This document shows, piece after piece, positions 58,076 to 64,000 of a stretch of 64,000 nucleotides of DNA. The position numbers and the translations under genes are program-made. The notes below the pieces were generated by a model. The model saw nothing but the letters and a program-made list of their open reading frames with translations, did no database searches and was not told the origin of the DNA. Origin of the DNA: Schizochytrium sp. TIO01. Lineage: Eukaryota; Protista; Bigyra: Labyrinthulomycetes. The stretch is taken from contig SMSO01000035.1 in assembly GCA_004764695.1 (NCBI GenBank), positions 744,001 to 808,000 on the forward strand, given 5' to 3'. How positions within the stretch are numbered: the stretch's first letter is position 1; each line of letters opens with the position of its first letter.

Positions 58076-58795
58076 TGTCTATCAGTAATTTTTTGGTTTT
58101 TAGCCAAAATTAGTATAGCAACTCTAAATTAATTCCTGGGAAAATCATATCAAACTATACAAGTTGCGACAAACAATAAAGTCTAAGATCCGATAGTTCC
58201 TTTCTTGCATTATGAAACAAAAAGAGGAAAAGAAGGATATGTGTGATGCGGAAGGCTTTGTACACCAACATGAAATGCAGGTTTTAAATTTTAGATAAAA
58301 TAGTGGTGAAGGGAGACAATTACACCAAATAATGCGCACATATAGAGTCACCAATCATAACGTGAGGGTCAGAAACTAATGTGAGGTCAGAATGTTGTGC
58401 TTTTGTTGGCTGCCACTTTTCAAAGTGAATAAGGATTTAGTAGATATTAAAGTCGTTTGTGTTTTGTTTTTATTTGAAAAACTTTGTTCTGAGAAACCTA
58501 TTAGATTTTTTTTCTTTGCAACTGTTTGCCTCTGGCCCATTTCCCATGCACAGACCTGGGAATAGTGAATGACAAAAAAAGATCAAAAGGAACAGGGAGA
58601 GTGCAATGAAATGTACGCGGGAGCGCGTCACAGCGTGTTTGCGGGAACCAGAGTGTCTCAACTAATTCATGAAAAGCCTCATTTTGTTTGAGAAAATGGG
58701 GCATTTAACCAACCCTATGGCACTACGATCTCCATATACATGGTGCATGCTTTATATCGAGTGAGCGGTTGAGAGATTGAGTGAGCAAAATGTCT

Positions 58796-60262
58796 TTACT
58801 CGGAGGTCTTCTGGCGCTTGGATTCGCGCTCAGCAGCCTTCTTGGCAGACTCCTCAGGATCAGCCTCGATGACCGAAGCACGGGACGGGATGGTGAGACC
58901 GCCAACCTGGTCCATGCGGGTGCGCTGGAGAAGAGCAGAATCAATGAGGACGAGAGATGCCATGGCCTCAATGAGGGGCGGGGTGCGGGGAAGCACACAC
59001 GGGTCATGGCGTCCCTTGGCCTCGAGCACAGTGCTGTTACCCTCGAAGTCCACAGTGTTCTGGGCACGACCAATTGTACTCACAGCCTTGACTGCGACGC
59101 GGAAGACAATGTCAGCGCCACTGGAGATACCTCCCAAGGTACCTCCAGCGTTGTTGGTCTTGGGACGAATAACCTGGGGTCCATCAACCTTCTCAAAGGC
59201 ATCATTGTGAGCAGATCCCTGCATCTTGGTACCGGCAAATCCGGATCCCATCTCAAATCCCTTAGTGGCAGGCAGAGAGAGCATGCCGTGAGCAAGGAGA
59301 GCCTCCAACTTGTCAAAACACGGTTCTCCAAGTCCCACCGGCACGTTGGTGCACACGCAGGTCACGGTACCTCCGATAGAGTCATCCTCAGACTTGACCT
59401 TGCGGATCAGCGAAGCCATGCGGCACGCTGACGGTGCGTGCGGGCAACGCACGTGCACAAGGTCCTCAGTCAGGAAAGCCTCTACGTCCTCAAGGGTCTT
59501 CTCAAGTACGGCTCCTTCACGGTTGTACACACGGCCCTTCATGTCAGCGTAAGCCGGAGTCTCAACATCACCCTCTGCCTTGATGAAGGCCTCTTCGTCG
59601 ACGGCATCGAGTTTGATCTGTTCTGCGAGGCGAGCCTTCTCGTCGGCCTGCTCCGCCTCGGTGACCTTGCGCCATCCGTTGGCCGGGTTGCGCAAAAGAC
59701 GAAGGCAGCCCTCACTGTCAACTTCTTCGCGGGTCCAAGGGCGTCCGCTGGGGTGGTTGAGTCCCTCGGGGGCGATCTCAACCGGTCCAATGGAGTTGAC
59801 GAAAGATACGACAGAAGTTCCGTAGGTCTCCTTGAGCCACTTGTCAGCGACGGCGCCTGCGGCGACACGTCCAATGGTCTCGCGGGCAGAGGAACGGCCA
59901 CCTCCAGAGGTGGCGCGGATGCCGTACTTGAGCTGGTAGGTCATGTCGGCGTGGCCGGGACGCGGCACACGCTTCATCTCACGGTAGTCACCCGGGCGAA
60001 TGTTGAAGTTCTGAACCATGAGGCAGATCGGGGTGCCGAGGGTCCAGCCGCACTCAGTGCCGGCCTGGATGGAGACCATATCCTTCTCATCGCGGGGAGT
60101 TGTCAGCTTGGACTGGCCAGGGCGGCGGCGGGTCAGCTGGGGCTGAATGTCGCTCTCGCTCAACTTCATGCCGCTAGGGACGCCATCAATGATCACACCC
60201 ACAGACTGAGCGTGACTCTCGCCGTAGGTGGTGATGCGGAACAGACGGCCAAAGGTCGACAT
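58796..60262 (-). CDS. aroC: Chorismate synthase with an ~85-aa insertion
   Basis: Motifs TTYGESH, RRRPGQS, PRPGHAD, GGGRSSARETIGRVAAG, DSIGG, GLGEPCFDKLEA and GRHDPCV. Confidence 0.97.
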   Translation of the reverse strand: MSTFGRLFRITTYGESHAQSVGVIIDGVPSGMKLSESDIQPQLTRRRPGQSKLTTPRDEKDMVSIQAGTECGWTLGTPICLMVQNFNIRPGDYREMKRVPRPGHADMTYQLKYGIRATSGGGRSSARETIGRVAAGAVADKWLKETYGTSVVSFVNSIGPVEIAPEGLNHPSGRPWTREEVDSEGCLRLLRNPANGWRKVTEAEQADEKARLAEQIKLDAVDEEAFIKAEGDVETPAYADMKGRVYNREGAVLEKTLEDVEAFLTEDLVHVRCPHAPSACRMASLIRKVKSEDDSIGGTVTCVCTNVPVGLGEPCFDKLEALLAHGMLSLPATKGFEMGSGFAGTKMQGSAHNDAFEKVDGPQVIRPKTNNAGGTLGGISSGADIVFRVAVKAVSTIGRAQNTVDFEGNSTVLEAKGRHDPCVLPRTPPLIEAMASLVLIDSALLQRTRMDQVGGLTIPSRASVIEADPEESAKKAAERESKRQKTSE

Positions 60263-60282
60263 AGTGAGTGCTTATTGAAGTT

Positions 60283-60662
60283 CTGCGGCACAAGTTCGGG
60301 TTAGAAAGAAATACATTGAGAGTCGTCATTGTCAACATTGAGTAAAGTTAGTTCACCGACATCTTCTACTTTGCCCTTTCCTGATTTTTTAAACTTTAAC
60401 CTGCTAAGACAAAAAACCCAGGTCGTTACCGATTAACAGCGGCAGCAGTAGCAGCAGTAGCAGCAGCAGCAGCATCACAGCGAGCGACAACACACAGAAC
60501 ACTAACCTCAACAACCTTCAACGCAGCAATTGCAATCGTAATCACCTCTGCCACACAAGGGGAGTCGTTGGCACGCTCGCCAACACCGTCTCAATCCGAG
60601 CTAGCAAGATAGCCAGGGCTCTCCCTCCTCCCCTTCCAACGCTCCTGCCGGCCTTCACTTAC
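60283..60662 (-). other. Probable 5'-UTR intron of chorismate synthase
   Basis: Minus-strand GTAAGT donor at 60662, CTAAC branch point at 60304-60300, and ccgcAG acceptor 20 nt upstream of the ATG. Confidence 0.55.
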
Positions 60663-62480
60663 CTAGACAACCTGAGCTGTGCTAACTTGATACCGAATTG
60701 ATTGACGTCTGTCTCAAGAGACTCGGCCGCCGCAACTCCGCTCATCACTCATTCCATCTTTTAATTCAAAGTTCATTCCTTTTCTTTAAAATTCCTTTAA
60801 AAAAAGGAAAAAGAATCTAAAAAAGAAACTAACTTTAATCATCCAAAGCTACTCTTAATAATGTGTAGGTAGGTCCTACTGGGCATGGCCGCATGGAAGT
60901 AGTAAATACAAGTCTACATGCGTGTATATAGTTGCCTGTATTCAAGTTTGCTGCTGAAGTCTGCACAGGCATTGGTTTTAGAGTGTACGCACATTCCGGC
61001 GGCGGCTCCTCAATCAAGAATGTAAATGGTCGAATCAGCTCAATCGTGAGAAGGGAACAAGGTCGATGAAGCAAGTATCTCGGGACAGCAAAGACAGCCT
61101 AAAGGTGCCTGTCTTCGCAGACTTATTTCCATGTCCAAAGCGATTCTTGCGTCAATGTCCCAATTAAAATTGCACTCAGTCTTCTTCACTTTCACTTCAA
61201 CTTGCATACTTCAACTCAAAGAGTCATTTCCTCCCTACTACTAGGAGGGTACCTAAGTGCTACTAACACTACACAACTACTACTGCCTCCTTAGAGGGCC
61301 CTTACTTTACGATGAATCTGTTTTCCTTTTCTGAGTTATTTAAAAAATAAGAATGAAAGTAAGGATCAAATATAGCGTGGATTTCAAGGTATGAGTGCAG
61401 ATTCCCAGCCTTGGATGCAGCACATATTCTATAGCCTCTCAAGTTAATGCTCAAAGTGATATGCAGAGGGTTTCGACGTGGACCCTTGTTTCGCCTAAAA
61501 GCTCGGGGCTACAGCAGTCCCGGAGATTCCACCTTCACATTTCCGGGCTCCAGACTTTGCCGCATTCGTCTTCGAGAGGAGCGCCATCTTCAATCCTGCA
61601 ATACGCCGGGTCTTGTGAAAAGAAAGATGCAGAAAAGAAAAGAAAACAACCACTGACCAATGTATTACCCTCAAATCCTGGAATACTCCCCTGTATCCCG
61701 ACCCTTTCATAGTAGTTACATGGTCAACATTACATTAGGGGAATAGAGGGGGAGTGTGGCATCCCCCCCCCTGAAAAACTACGACCAAATTGCAATTTTT
61801 CGGCTGTCCACCACTACGGCTGTTCTGAGCCGTCCTAAAAGGCGGAAAAGCTGGTCGCTGCATCGCAGAAAGCCCGATATTCTGTCGTGCTTCCTCCGCG
61901 TTCGCCGTCCCAAGGCATTGGAGCGAGCCTCTCCTTTCCCTGAGGCGCACTTCGGCTCGGCCGCAACAGGGACGAAACGATGCGCAAAGCCGCGCCGCGG
62001 CCGGTGCCTAAGTGGTCTAAAAAGAGGCCCAGATACAGAGCCACAGGAAGTCCTCTTATCCGATGGTCACACCTGTTCCTTTAACTATGAATACTGGTAC
62101 CTGCTTAGTACCTCCCGAAACGAGCCACTTGAGACTTGCCAAGATAGGAAGTCGGTGCATCTGCGATGGTTTATCTTCAACTTGGAGAGGTGAGGACTCG
62201 AAAGCTTTCACGATGGAGCGAAGTTTGACACTACGTGTATTAAAATGGACAAGTTCTTCCTCTCTGAGGTTTGGTCATTCATTGTAGGTACTATTGGAGT
62301 AATGTGAGTAAGATACGTTTGACTTTTTCAGATGAAATGGGGGGGCCTAACTAATACTAGTGCTACATAAGGTGTTGTAAGTAGGCACTATGGATAAAAA
62401 AGATACCTAAATCGATAGTTTGTCATTTTGTTGACGAGGTGAACTAAGAACGACGAGGCCGCGCAGAAGCTTGTACGTGC

Positions 62481-63437
62481 ATGATGGGCGATGCTCCAGC
62501 TGTGACCGTGGAGGAAGCTAAGAAGCTTTTAGAGGCTGCACAATTTTCCAAGTCACTGGCAGAGACACCAGTGTCCGGTTTTCATGTTGGTGCAGCAGCA
62601 AAGGATGATCAAGGCCACGTCTACCTTGGGTTCAACGTCGAGTTCCCAGGCACCAACCTGTCGGAGACAATCCACGCAGAACACTCATGCGTGGCAACAA
62701 CACGTTCCTTTTCACCTCAAAATATGCCAAAGCTGGTTGCACTTGCTGTGACTGCCAAGCCGTGTGGCCACTGCCGGCAAATGCTGATTGAGAGGTTTCC
62801 TGATATTACAGTTATTATGAATCCACTACAGGGCGCGAAAAGCGATGATCCACAAATTTTGCGACTTCGTGAAGACCTCATTCCTAACCCAGTCATGTTT
62901 GAGTTATTTGAAAATCCACGTGCCGAGAGTTTAAGTCAGGGAAAAGCCGCAATTTCCGATGTAGAAACCACCTCACCTATTTCACCAGAAATCATAGCGC
63001 AAGCCTTGGAGGCTATGGATACTGCTGACGGGAGCTTTTCTGGGTTTCCTTGTGCCGTTCTATTTCTGTCTGGCGATGGTGTGGTAATGGCATCTGGTGC
63101 TTGCATGGAGTCCATCGCATTTAACCCGACTCAGAGTGCTTTCCAGACAGCATACATGGCCCTGGCTGCTTCAGCACTGCCCCTGCGATGGTCTCAGACA
63201 GATGTGGTTAATTTTCAGGCCACTGATCTGCGAAAGCATTTTGCCACTATTAAGAATAGCGTGAAGCAGATCGTTTTGGTACAGTATAAAGATGCACTTG
63301 TTACAGAGGAGGCATCAATCCGTAATTGTGCCAGGCGCATTTTCAACCCTGAATGCGTGGTTGATGTGATTTCAGTTCCACCACCACCAGAGTCTTCGGC
63401 AGTGTCTGCAGAGGATTTTGCAGCGAATCATGTTTAG
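62481..63437 (+). CDS. cdd: Cytidine deaminase, homodimeric two-domain type
   Basis: Motifs SGFHVGA, GFNVEFPG, HAE and PCGHCRQ, with a non-catalytic second domain containing ESIAFNPT. Confidence 0.9.
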   Translation: MMGDAPAVTVEEAKKLLEAAQFSKSLAETPVSGFHVGAAAKDDQGHVYLGFNVEFPGTNLSETIHAEHSCVATTRSFSPQNMPKLVALAVTAKPCGHCRQMLIERFPDITVIMNPLQGAKSDDPQILRLREDLIPNPVMFELFENPRAESLSQGKAAISDVETTSPISPEIIAQALEAMDTADGSFSGFPCAVLFLSGDGVVMASGACMESIAFNPTQSAFQTAYMALAASALPLRWSQTDVVNFQATDLRKHFATIKNSVKQIVLVQYKDALVTEEASIRNCARRIFNPECVVDVISVPPPPESSAVSAEDFAANHV

Positions 63438-64000
63438 ATACTGTGAAATATAGTTTGGGTAACACATGCCATTTGCCCCTTAGATGGTCCAATCATAGAA
63501 CGCATCTAGGTAGTTTTTATTGCTTGGCAACGAAAAGAGTTCCTTATTTTACCGAAAAAAAATTATGAAAGAACATAAACTCAGGTTAATAGTATAGAGG
63601 AAAAAACAGAGCCCAGTTCGTAAGCTTCTCATATGGGTATACAAGCGAGATTTTTCAGAGTTGAAATTTCAGAACAGGTATATTGCCATCGTGAAGAGCG
63701 CATGCCCACCCCATGTTGTAAATCAAAATATTAATTAAATCAGTGTTGTGGTTACGGAGGCATCACGATCAACCTGTCATTCTTCAAACCAATAAAAGAT
63801 AACACGAAATCTTGGATTTCAGGTACATTCATCAGGTTACTTCTCTTGTGTTGCTTGGAGGTGATGCTAAAGCTTGTTATTAATTCTGTGTAACTTTGGA
63901 ATGAGCATTCCTTCCCTCTTTTACCGTTGCACATCGCTGGCTATACAGAACTCTTAGGCATTCTTGCACCATGAAAAATAAACAAAAATTATTACCATCC

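Noticed and set aside
58781-60304. Long plus-strand ORFs antisense to chorismate synthase (similar antisense ORFs over RIO2, RPL6 and FAM133-like)
   Set aside because: Shadow ORFs caused by the codon bias of the real genes.
61700-62050. GC-rich stretch upstream of cdd considered as RNase P/MRP or SRP RNA
   Set aside because: I could not find paired P4 (CR-I/CR-V) or SRP helix-8 motifs.

Overview
Eukaryotic nuclear DNA with intron-poor genes (GT-AG introns with CTAAC branch points) and AT-rich, microsatellite-rich spacers. Gene content and style suggest a heterotrophic stramenopile such as a thraustochytrid (inference). Bases 1-16.8 kb are nearly gene-free and carry long tetra- and pentanucleotide arrays. 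The rest encodes, in order: a triple-RGS protein; a two-exon selenoprotein thioredoxin reductase with an N-terminal glutaredoxin-like domain (GCUG tail and a 3' SECIS); a Ulp1/SENP protease with a frame break; a membrane protein with a degenerate J-domain; RIO2; two-exon RPL6 with a structured intron; a TFIIB-like zinc-ribbon protein; a CRT-like transporter; an intact ~1330-aa Sola3-like transposase derivative lacking its catalytic acidic residues; a FAM133-like protein; Rpn13/ADRM1 with two alternative terminal exons; a thiolase; chorismate synthase with a large insertion; and a dimeric-type cytidine deaminase. The strongest leads are (1) the apparently domesticated, catalytically dead transposase, (2) Rpn13 isoforms with or without the DEUBAD domain that both end in a p97-like DDx[FL]Yx tail, and (3) the Sec-TrxR fused to an atypical monothiol Grx-like domain whose cysteine codon is formed only by splicing. 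All family assignments come from remembered motifs; no database search was run.
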